This document shows, piece by piece, positions 18,495 through 26,086 of a stretch of 64,000 nucleotides of DNA. Numbering within the stretch: position 1 is the stretch's first letter; each line of letters opens with the position of its first letter. Below the pieces are notes generated by a model. That model was not told the origin of the DNA and ran no database searches. It saw only the letters and a program-made list of their open reading frames with translations. The DNA comes from an uncultured Clostridia bacterium (lineage in GTDB: Bacteria > Bacillota > Clostridia > Christensenellales > UBA1242), in assembly GCA_934749845.1 (NCBI GenBank), contig CAKVHQ010000006.1, forward strand, positions 6,194-70,193, read 5' to 3'. Both the position numbers and the translations under genes were made by a program.

Positions 18495-18837
18495 TCTCCT
18501 TTAACCTAGAAATGATTTCGTTTATTTTTTCGTCTAATTCTTCATTAGACATTTTTGAAATATCATCATCAAAATTGGAACTTTCAAATTCCAACAAAAC
18601 TTTGGCAGCAGATATATCTGGCGGAACATTTTTTATCGTCACTTTTTTCTTAACAAGTCGTTCGTTTTCATTTTCATCTAACGAATACTCTTCGATAACT
18701 TCGTTGGTTTTATAGCCTAAAGCGCGTTGCTTTAAAGCATTTAAAATTTCTTCACTTGAACTTAAATTTTCACTTTTTTGCACAATTTTTTGAGTTTTTT
18801 TGCGTTTTTTAATGATTTTTTCATCCATACATACCAT
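18478..18837 (-). CDS. terminase small-subunit-like protein (119 aa)
   Basis: ALKQRALGYKTNEVIEEY...VKKKVTIKNVPPDISAAKVLLE resembles the (A/G)FGY...K..PPD..A motif I recall from Firmicutes-phage small terminases. It overlaps the TerL stop, and it lies downstream of TerL rather than upstream. Confidence 0.4.
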   Translation of the reverse strand: MVCMDEKIIKKRKKTQKIVQKSENLSSSEEILNALKQRALGYKTNEVIEEYSLDENENERLVKKKVTIKNVPPDISAAKVLLEFESSNFDDDISKMSNEELDEKINEIISRLKENENDN

Positions 18838-20263
18838 TTTTCTCCCTTTTCAAGTTGTTGATTAGTTTAAGTTTATACTTTTGAGAATCTGTTAAAATTG
18901 GCTTATCTAGTTCTTGTGGAACAATAGACATAATGTAGTATCGAAGTTCGTCCATGGCATGATCGTTTCGCTTAACAGGAGATTCATCACTGCCCCATGA
19001 ATACGATTTTATTTCTCGAATCATGTTCACGCAGTTTTTAAAAATAAACAATTTTCGGTTTCCGTTTGCGTCACAAATATACTTTCTAACCATTTGAAGA
19101 CCAACCAAACTTTTGTTAACTTTTGTGTTTACTAGAATTTTATTTTCGTAAAATTTTTGAGCAACCGAGTCTTGACAGGCTAAAGTTTTTTGAAGCGATG
19201 CACTGTCGATTATTGCTTTTAAATATCCTTTACTATCTCTTTGCCAACCTAACTTGTCAGCCACTGCATGAATGTTTGATGAATGCTCTTCTATTGGTTG
19301 CTCTTTTGCATAAACTTCGGCAATCACATAAATGTTGTCATCAAAATCTCTTGCGTAAAAGTGACAAGAAAGTGGATTTGTAAAACCAGGGTCGATTGAA
19401 ATGTTATCGTACCATTCTTTTGGAACATCAAAAGGTTCAATAACATTCAAGTTTTCATCAAAGTTTGGATATACTAATCCGTTTGAACTTGTAAATTTAC
19501 CATCGCACCTAGATTCAATTTCCTTTTCACTCATCTGCGACTTTAATTTTAAAATTTCGTCTTGGTTTAAAAATGGATTGTCCTGCCAAGAAATGTTTTC
19601 ATACCAAATGTCGTCATCATTTCTTTCGTTTAGGTACACCTCATTATATACCCATGTTAACCCCTTAAGTGGAGTCATAGTGCCAAAAATTTCTCCGCAC
19701 TTATCAATAACACGCATTTTACATTCCATGTAAATATCTTCTGGTGGCTCTTCATCAAACCAAACATAATCAAGCGATGTTCCTTGAAATTTTTCTCTGC
19801 CTTGGTCCACGCTTTTAAAACCAATAGTGCTAATCTTGCCCGAAACATTGCGAACTAAAATTTTGTCTATTATGCCGTACTCCATGCTTTCTTTTTTGCC
19901 ACTTTGCATAACAACATCAACAATCCAATCTTTGTTTAGATAGTATAAAATTTTTTGTTGAGCGACATCTCGTTGCACTTGCGTTGAAAGCGAAACAACC
20001 CAACCGTTTGTTTGCTCTTTGTTTTGTTTATAGGGGTGATTTCCCCTTGCAAGCCAAACTGTTTCCACCGCGCCACATTCCGTTTTGCCTGTTCGGTTTC
20101 CACCAAAAACCCAGCGATTTTTTTTGGTGCATTTATGAAATAAGATTTGTTTTTTATGAACCAATTCGCCTTGATTGTACCTAGACAAAGTATCTCCCCT
20201 TTGCCTACGCTGTTTTTCCAAACAAAGTTTATTAAGCATTTCAGTTAGTTTTTGTTTTCTCAT
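18821..20263 (-). CDS. phage terminase large subunit (480 aa)
   Basis: Walker A reads GGNRTGKTECGA and Walker B reads LDYVWFDEEP. The C-terminal nuclease-like half has acidic motifs (IDPGF...; NDHAMDELRY). RBS AAAGGTAG is present. Confidence 0.85.
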   Translation of the reverse strand: MRKQKLTEMLNKLCLEKQRRQRGDTLSRYNQGELVHKKQILFHKCTKKNRWVFGGNRTGKTECGAVETVWLARGNHPYKQNKEQTNGWVVSLSTQVQRDVAQQKILYYLNKDWIVDVVMQSGKKESMEYGIIDKILVRNVSGKISTIGFKSVDQGREKFQGTSLDYVWFDEEPPEDIYMECKMRVIDKCGEIFGTMTPLKGLTWVYNEVYLNERNDDDIWYENISWQDNPFLNQDEILKLKSQMSEKEIESRCDGKFTSSNGLVYPNFDENLNVIEPFDVPKEWYDNISIDPGFTNPLSCHFYARDFDDNIYVIAEVYAKEQPIEEHSSNIHAVADKLGWQRDSKGYLKAIIDSASLQKTLACQDSVAQKFYENKILVNTKVNKSLVGLQMVRKYICDANGNRKLFIFKNCVNMIREIKSYSWGSDESPVKRNDHAMDELRYYIMSIVPQELDKPILTDSQKYKLKLINNLKREKNGMYG

Positions 20264-20325
20264 ACATCTACCTTTGTTTATTTTTTATAATTAAGTTAAT
20301 AATAAAAACATATACTAATTTGGAA

Positions 20326-21081
20326 ATGAAAAGATTTTTAATAATAATTGCTTGTTTTTTATTTATTTTTGTTTCAATTTTTGTTATTCGGTCAACTATG
20401 ACTCAAGAAGTGGGTGCAAACCAAACCAGTGGCTACGCCATGGTAAAAGACAATAACTCTTATTTTTACCGTTACACCTTGGAAAACCCAGCCGTAAATA
20501 ACAAATACTTTTTGCTGGAAAAATCATACTTCGTTAAAATAATCGAAAATTCAAACGAAAATTTTTACAAAGCGGAATATAACGGTCTTAAAGGATATGT
20601 AAAAAAAACAGATGTGGAATTTGTTGAAGAAATACCAGAAAATCCGTTTTTAAGTGAAATTACATTTGATATTTACTCGGCAAGCAGTGTTGAATTGAGA
20701 ACCGAACCTAGCACCGAGAATGGAATTGGAAGCATAATAACCACATTGCCAAGTGGATATAAAAATTTGAATTATTATGGAAAATTAACGGGAGAAGAAA
20801 GCATAAAAGGACTGGGAAATATATGGCTTTACTGCTCATTTACAACTCCAGAAAACAAACAAGTTTTTGGTTATGTTTACTCTCCACTAACTGTAAATTT
20901 AAGTCCAATAAATGAAAACGGCGAAAATTTAACGCCAGTTTCCGTAACCGATTATGTCCCTATAAATTCGCTACTTTACCTTTCTTTGTCCACAAAAAAT
21001 TTAATTATAATTGCAATAACAATTCCCGCTTTATACATTGCCTATTTGTTTGTTAAACCAACAAAAATTTTAAAAGAGTAA
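20326..21081 (+). CDS. membrane-anchored protein with two SH3b-like domains
   Basis: N-terminal TM or signal sequence. Two bacterial SH3-like segments are present (GYAMVKDNNSYFY...YKAEYNGLKGYVKKTDVEFV and VELRTEPSTENG...VFGYVYSPL), followed by a C-terminal TM helix. No catalytic domain was seen. Confidence 0.5.
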   Translation: MKRFLIIIACFLFIFVSIFVIRSTMTQEVGANQTSGYAMVKDNNSYFYRYTLENPAVNNKYFLLEKSYFVKIIENSNENFYKAEYNGLKGYVKKTDVEFVEEIPENPFLSEITFDIYSASSVELRTEPSTENGIGSIITTLPSGYKNLNYYGKLTGEESIKGLGNIWLYCSFTTPENKQVFGYVYSPLTVNLSPINENGENLTPVSVTDYVPINSLLYLSLSTKNLIIIAITIPALYIAYLFVKPTKILKE

Positions 21082-21109
21082 TAAAAAACACGGATAAATT
21101 CGTGTTTTT

Positions 21110-21640
21110 TTATGCCTTACATTTATTTAAAGAATTTGTGTAACTAGAATTAAACTCAAATTCTTCATCGGTGCAAATGTTAGACTCTTTTTGTTTTGCA
21201 AAGTGGTTATAATATTCTTTAATCCAACTTTCTTTAAACAAAAGTTGTTCAAGTTTTTCGCTTGTATAACCAAAATTTTTTAATCGAATTGCAAATTCTT
21301 CCACTGCCCTATCAATTTTTCTAAAAAATGTCCTTCTTGACATTTCAAGCAATTTAAAGCACATTTCTGGCTTTACATGATCGAAATATTTCATAACCAA
21401 AATTCTTGCACTTTTTGTATCTATTGAAGCAATTACATTTTCAATAATCACTTTTAAATTTATCATCATTTTTTTTCTTTGAATTAAACTAATTATCTTT
21501 TCAGCGTTTTCCATTGTTGATAAATGATTACAACAAGAATTAACACCTTGTGAAATAACCAACTTGTCTATTGCGTCAGAAATTGGTTCTAGACAATTAT
21601 AAGTTGAAAGTAAGGTTTTTGCCCATATTTTTTGTTTCAT
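21110..21640 (-). CDS. hypothetical regulator with a sigma-70 region-4-like HTH (176 aa)
   Basis: ARILVMKYFDHVKPEMCFKLLEMSRRTFFRKIDRAVEEFAIRL resembles the region-4 HTH of ECF/ArpU/RinA-like factors. The ATG at 21640 is preceded by AAGGAG. Confidence 0.4.
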   Translation of the reverse strand: MKQKIWAKTLLSTYNCLEPISDAIDKLVISQGVNSCCNHLSTMENAEKIISLIQRKKMMINLKVIIENVIASIDTKSARILVMKYFDHVKPEMCFKLLEMSRRTFFRKIDRAVEEFAIRLKNFGYTSEKLEQLLFKESWIKEYYNHFAKQKESNICTDEEFEFNSSYTNSLNKCKA

Positions 21641-21865
21641 TTTAAAATCTCCTTTTGCTCGCACTTATTATAAAAACCAAGTTTGCACCATGTCAAAGTT
21701 TTGTGACAAAATTTTTGTAAAAAACTTATATTATTACATTATTTTACAAAAACTTGCTTATCATGTCGAACAACTGTTCTAATAATAGCACACTTAATAT
21801 GACACTATGACTGTCAAGTTTGCTAAATTTTTTAGAACAAATGCTTTAAAAATGAAAAAACACCC

Positions 21866-21890
21866 TTTCGAGTGCTTTCGTTTTATTAGT
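21866..21890 (-). terminator. terminator after the OB-fold gene
   Basis: Minus strand reads CACUC-GAAA-GGGUG followed by UUUUUU. Confidence 0.5.
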
Positions 21891-21896
21891 TCTAGT

Positions 21897-22595
21897 TTAA
21901 TTAGTCCCAGTGTAATTAGTGGTATCCATCGTCTGTTGCGCCGAAATTAAATTGAATGGTGCTTCAGCTAATTTTTCCAAAGAAGAAAATTTGTTTAACT
22001 TGATAATTGAAATTTCATAAGCGGTTCTTTTTTGAATGTCGCCATTATCAAGTTTTTTCTCGTAGCCACGACTTTGAATTCTTCCTAGAATAGAAACCTT
22101 TTCTCCCACCTCTAAATTTTTTGCGAACCTAGCATTCCTTCCCCATGCGATACATGGAAGATAATCGCTTTTGTTGTATGCCCTGTTAACAGCCACCAAA
22201 ACATCGCAAATTTCACGCTTAAATGGCGTTGTTCTATAAATAGGTTCTTTGCATATAAATCCCACAAGTTCAATGGTGTTGGTGTTACTTTCCACCTTGG
22301 CTTCGGTTAACTCCCTAACAAAAACCGTCAACACAAGTTTACTTTTGCCATCCACTTGTTTATTATAACTTCTAAATTGTCCGTTTATTGCTATTGTCTT
22401 TCCAAGAGCAAAATCATTTTCACTTAATAATTTTTCCGAAATTGTTATTGGAATAATATCCACACTTTCGGATAGTCTTGGAACTTCCAAGTCGATTTCG
22501 TAAAAATTTTCATCATAAACTTGATGTGAAAGTCTTGGAAGGGTTAGTATTCTTCCTTCTAAATGCACTTTATTGTTGTTCATTTGTTCAAACAT
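21897..22595 (-). CDS. tandem OB-fold, SSB-like protein (232 aa)
   Basis: Two SSB-like repeats are present (VHLEGRILTLPRLSHQ...INGQFRSYNK...LVLTVFV and IELVGFICKEPIYRTT...CIAWGRNARFAKNLEVGEKVSILGRIQSRGYEKK...AYEISI). It has a strong RBS. Confidence 0.5.
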   Translation of the reverse strand: MFEQMNNNKVHLEGRILTLPRLSHQVYDENFYEIDLEVPRLSESVDIIPITISEKLLSENDFALGKTIAINGQFRSYNKQVDGKSKLVLTVFVRELTEAKVESNTNTIELVGFICKEPIYRTTPFKREICDVLVAVNRAYNKSDYLPCIAWGRNARFAKNLEVGEKVSILGRIQSRGYEKKLDNGDIQKRTAYEISIIKLNKFSSLEKLAEAPFNLISAQQTMDTTNYTGTN

Positions 22596-22609
22596 TTTTA
22601 TATTTCCTC

Positions 22610-23377
22610 CTAAATTCGTGGTGACTGCATACCGTTGTTGTCAATAAAATAATCGCCTTTCAAAATTAAATCGCCCACACAACCAACTGTAAAGCCCTTC
22701 TTTTGCAATCTGTCAAGCACAAGTGGCAAAGCCTCTAAAATGTGGTCAGAATTGTTATGACAAAGGATTATACTTCCATTTTTAGCACCATTTATAATTC
22801 GAGTTGTTATTTCCATACTAGACAAGCCTTTCCAATCCAAACTGTCAACATCCCATTGAATTGTGGTTAAACCAAGTTCAGTGGCAGTATCTATTAAGGT
22901 GTCGTTGTATGCCCCAAAAGGTGCTCTAAAAAGTTCAACTTTTTTGTTAGTTATGTCTGTTATCAACTTGCAACAATCTTCAAGCTCACTTTTCATTTGG
23001 GTTTTGGATAATTTTGTCATGTCGGGATGAGTGCTGGAATGTGTGCCAATTTCAAAACCGTTTTCATCAATTTTTTTAACCATTTCAGGATAGTCTTCAA
23101 TCCAAAAACCAGTTAAAAAGAAAGTGGCTTTAACATTGTATTCCTTGCAAATTTCCATGATTTTTTCTGTTTTGTCCGCACCCCATGCGGCATCAAAACT
23201 TATGGCAACTCTAGCTTCTTCTGTGTTCACATAGTATATTGGAACTTTTCTTAAAGACGCTCCAAAATACACACTCGCTGGCACATATCCGTTAATGTTG
23301 ATTGCCAAAAGTGATATAGTCAAAATCAATAGAAAAATAATTTTGAGAGTTCTTAGTTTTATGCAACAAAAATGCAT
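22610..23377 (-). CDS. polysaccharide deacetylase (NodB domain), PdaB-like
   Basis: FDAAWGADKTEKIMEICKEYNVKATFFLTGFWIEDYPEMVKKI..GFEIGTHSSTHPDM, preceded by an N-terminal TM or signal sequence. Confidence 0.8.
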   Translation of the reverse strand: MHFCCIKLRTLKIIFLLILTISLLAININGYVPASVYFGASLRKVPIYYVNTEEARVAISFDAAWGADKTEKIMEICKEYNVKATFFLTGFWIEDYPEMVKKIDENGFEIGTHSSTHPDMTKLSKTQMKSELEDCCKLITDITNKKVELFRAPFGAYNDTLIDTATELGLTTIQWDVDSLDWKGLSSMEITTRIINGAKNGSIILCHNNSDHILEALPLVLDRLQKKGFTVGCVGDLILKGDYFIDNNGMQSPRI

Positions 23378-23551
23378 CAATCAGTCCTCCTGATAATTTT
23401 ATATTATTAAATATTTTTTGTAATGCCTATGCCATTAAAATAAGTGCAAGTTTTGTCGTATGTTGTCAAACTGGCACAGACTTCTATATAATTTTATTGG
23501 ACGAACTTTAAACTTATGCAAATTAGGCAATAAAAAAACTTGATTTTTTAA

Positions 23552-24250
23552 TCAAGCCTTTTCGATGTAAATTAGTCTGTGACATGATGGACATTCAAGT
23601 TTGCCATTATGTCTTATTTTTTCAAGTTCTTTGCTTGGTAGTTCCATTCTGCAACCGCCACATCTTGAATCAATAAGTTTTACTACAATAGGAAATACTC
23701 CGTCTTGTTTAAGGGTTTTGTACTTGCTAACAAATGATGAATCAAGGTCTTTTTCAAGTTTAGCCATTTTGTCCTTTAAAGCCTTAATTTCAGGCTCTTT
23801 TTCGGTATAATATTCATCAAATTTACTTTTGCTCTCTTGGTGTTTTGATTTTGCGATGCTTGTTTTCTTTTTTAAAGCATCAAATTCTCCAATAAGTTGT
23901 TTTGCTCGTCTTTCAGTGGCAAGCAATCTGTTTTCAAGTTCTTTAAGTTGTCTGCCTGTTTGGCTCAACTTATTTCTCAAGTCTTTAAGTTCATCTTGAT
24001 TTAACGATTGGTTAAATTGTCTTGAATACTTATCAACAAGGCTAATGCCCTTCTCTTGAACTTGTTTTAGCTTTTGAAAATCGTCACAAAGTTTATTAGC
24101 ATTTTTATCAAGTTCTAGAATTTGATTTTGTGCTTCTTTAACAAACGAAACCATTGCTTGAGCATTTTTCTTGTGTTCATTTTTGTTAATTTCTCTTTCT
24201 AGTCTAAACAATTCTGTATCCAATTTTTGATATTCTAATATTTTTTCCAT
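23552..24250 (-). CDS. COG1579-type coiled-coil protein with a C-terminal C4 zinc ribbon
   Basis: A long coiled coil followed by RCGGCRMEL...LECPSCHRLIY. The probable start is the ATG at 24250 (RBS AAAGGGAAT), not 24313, which would overlap trmK. Confidence 0.75.
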   Translation of the reverse strand: MEKILEYQKLDTELFRLEREINKNEHKKNAQAMVSFVKEAQNQILELDKNANKLCDDFQKLKQVQEKGISLVDKYSRQFNQSLNQDELKDLRNKLSQTGRQLKELENRLLATERRAKQLIGEFDALKKKTSIAKSKHQESKSKFDEYYTEKEPEIKALKDKMAKLEKDLDSSFVSKYKTLKQDGVFPIVVKLIDSRCGGCRMELPSKELEKIRHNGKLECPSCHRLIYIEKA

Positions 24251-24266
24251 TCTCAATTCCCTTTTA

Positions 24267-24977
24267 CTATTTATTTGATTTTTTGTCTTCTGTTTCTTCT
24301 TGTTCTGGCTCAAACAATTTTAATGCTTCATTAACTAAATTTAAAAGCCTTTCGTTTTCATCATTAAGCACCATGTATTTTTCTTTTAGCGGAGTTAATT
24401 TGTCGTGCTTCTCTTTTAAATATTGATATAGCACTTCATAGTTTTCCCTAAAGTTTGAAAAGCCAAATTCAATTTCAAGGTCGCTTAATTTTTGTTTTCC
24501 TTTGGCAACTTTAATAACATTATAATACTTTCCGTCTTGATAAATAAGTTTATCTATAACAAACCTGTATTTGTTAGCCAGCAAAAATCTACGAAGTTCC
24601 ACAACATCACTCATAGGTTGCAAAACGAAATTCCACAATTTTTTAGGCTTTTTTTGCATAATTTCAATAATTTTTTTGCCACCCATGCCAGCAATAACTG
24701 CTTGTTCAACTTTGTCGTGCTTGGTTACAAGTGCAAAGCCGTCGCATTCTCTAAAACTTATAAAAGGCAAAATATTGATTTTATTTGCAAGCATAATAGC
24801 CTTGTTTAAACATTCTCTGCTAATTTCGGTGCTAACAACTTTATCTGCTTTTTCTTCCAAAATAAGTTCAGCAGTAACAAGCCCGTGGTCACAGCCAATG
24901 TCGGCAATAACTTTATGCCTATCGCAAAGGCTAACTATGGTTTCAAGTCGTTTATCTAAATTTAAAATCGTTGCCAT
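24267..24977 (-). CDS. trmK: tRNA (adenine22-N1)-methyltransferase
   Basis: IADIGCDHGLVTAELI (SAM-binding) and IAGMGG motifs. It is in the conserved position after sigA. Confidence 0.8.
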   Translation of the reverse strand: MATILNLDKRLETIVSLCDRHKVIADIGCDHGLVTAELILEEKADKVVSTEISRECLNKAIMLANKINILPFISFRECDGFALVTKHDKVEQAVIAGMGGKKIIEIMQKKPKKLWNFVLQPMSDVVELRRFLLANKYRFVIDKLIYQDGKYYNVIKVAKGKQKLSDLEIEFGFSNFRENYEVLYQYLKEKHDKLTPLKEKYMVLNDENERLLNLVNEALKLFEPEQEETEDKKSNK

Positions 24978-25039
24978 ATTTTCTCCTTGTTAAATAATAA
25001 CAAAAGTTAAGTAAATTAACAAAACAAAACTAACACTAA

Positions 25040-26083
25040 TTAGTCACAAAAATCTTTTAATTTCTTACTTCTTGTTGGATTTCTTAATTTTCTTAATGCT
25101 TTTGCTTCAATTTGTCTAATTCTTTCTCTTGTAACATTAAATTCTTGTCCAACCTGTTCAAGAGTTTTTGGATAGCCGTCATCAAGGCCATATCTTAATC
25201 TTATAACCTTTTGCTCACGAGGAGTCAAAGTGTCGATAACTGCAAGAAGTTGACCTTTAAGCATACTTCTTGTTGCACTTTCAACTGGGGAAATGCCTGT
25301 TTCATCTTCAATAAAGTCAGCAATTTTGCTATCCTCTTCTTCACCAATAGGACTTTCAAGCGAGATTGGGTCAAGGGCAATTTTTTGAATTTCTCCCACT
25401 CTTTCAACTGTCATGTCAAGTTCTTTTGCAAGTTCTTCAACGGTTGGCTCACGACCAAGTTCTTGAAGCATTCGCTTGCTTACTCTGCCTAATCTGTTTA
25501 TTGTTTCTACCATGTGAACAGGAATACGAATTGTTCTTGCTTGGTCTGCCATGGCTCTTGTGATTGATTGTCTAATCCACCAAGTTGCGTAAGTAGAAAA
25601 CCTAAATCCCTTTGTGTAGTCAAACTTTTCAACCGCTTTAATCAATCCAATGTTTCCTTCTTGAATTAAATCAAGCAAGTGCATGTTTTTTCCTGTATAT
25701 TTCTTTGCAATGCTAATTACTAACCTCAAGTTAGATTCGCAAAGTTGTGCTTTTGCTTGTTCATCTCCTTGCAAAATTCTTTTAGCAAGGTCAACTTCTT
25801 GTTCGGCAGTAAGTAGTGGTGCTTTTCCAATGTCTTTTAAATACATTTTAACTGGGTCGTCAACACTAACTTGGCTTGCAAGTTGGTCAAAGTCAATTTC
25901 TTCTTTAACTGCTTCAACAACTTTGATGCCGTTTTGTTTCAAAAGTTCAATAACCTCTTGAGTTTCCTTTGCTGTCGCATCATATTTCATGAATTGCAAA
26001 ACAATGTCTTCTTCCACCAAAGACCCTTTCTTTTTTCCTACTTCGAGTAATTTTTCGTATAATGGTTGATATTTTTCGTTCAA
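25040..26083 (-). CDS. sigA: primary RNA polymerase sigma factor
   Basis: Contains regions 1.2 to 4.2 ([59 protein letters not shown]). TTG start preceded by GGAGGAA. Confidence 0.95.
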   Translation of the reverse strand: MNEKYQPLYEKLLEVGKKKGSLVEEDIVLQFMKYDATAKETQEVIELLKQNGIKVVEAVKEEIDFDQLASQVSVDDPVKMYLKDIGKAPLLTAEQEVDLAKRILQGDEQAKAQLCESNLRLVISIAKKYTGKNMHLLDLIQEGNIGLIKAVEKFDYTKGFRFSTYATWWIRQSITRAMADQARTIRIPVHMVETINRLGRVSKRMLQELGREPTVEELAKELDMTVERVGEIQKIALDPISLESPIGEEEDSKIADFIEDETGISPVESATRSMLKGQLLAVIDTLTPREQKVIRLRYGLDDGYPKTLEQVGQEFNVTRERIRQIEAKALRKLRNPTRSKKLKDFCD

Positions 26084-26086
26084 AAC

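Larger units (their letters stand above)
11171..20263 (-). mobile_element. phage-derived head/packaging plus lysis operon (defective prophage, satellite-like or domesticated element) with no recognisable tail, integrase or replication genes
   Basis: Thirteen co-directional, tightly packed or overlapping ORFs in the order TerL, TerS-like, Cys-rich, portal, scaffold, split MCP, three unknowns, an 84-aa ORF and two holin-like peptides. The block is bounded by a terminator at 11123-11153 and by a divergent gene 56 bp upstream of TerL. Confidence 0.7.

Noticed and set aside
11171-20263. Stop-codon reassignment (alternative genetic code) in the phage-like element or host.
   Set aside because: All other long genes, including the 480-aa TerL, the 624-aa portal and the host housekeeping genes, are intact in the standard code. 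TGA, TAG and TAA all terminate ORFs at the expected lengths. Only one in-frame TAA is seen, in the MCP.
10997-21900. Attachment-site direct repeats flanking the phage-like island.
   Set aside because: I could not find convincing repeats of 12 bp or more by eye between the left (about 11000-11170) and right (about 20264-20320 and 21665-21896) borders. A computational repeat search is required, so none is claimed.
24492-24993. Plus-strand ORFs of 105 and 140 aa.
   Set aside because: They are antisense to trmK, which has clear SAM-methyltransferase motifs. They have no RBS and a low-complexity translation.
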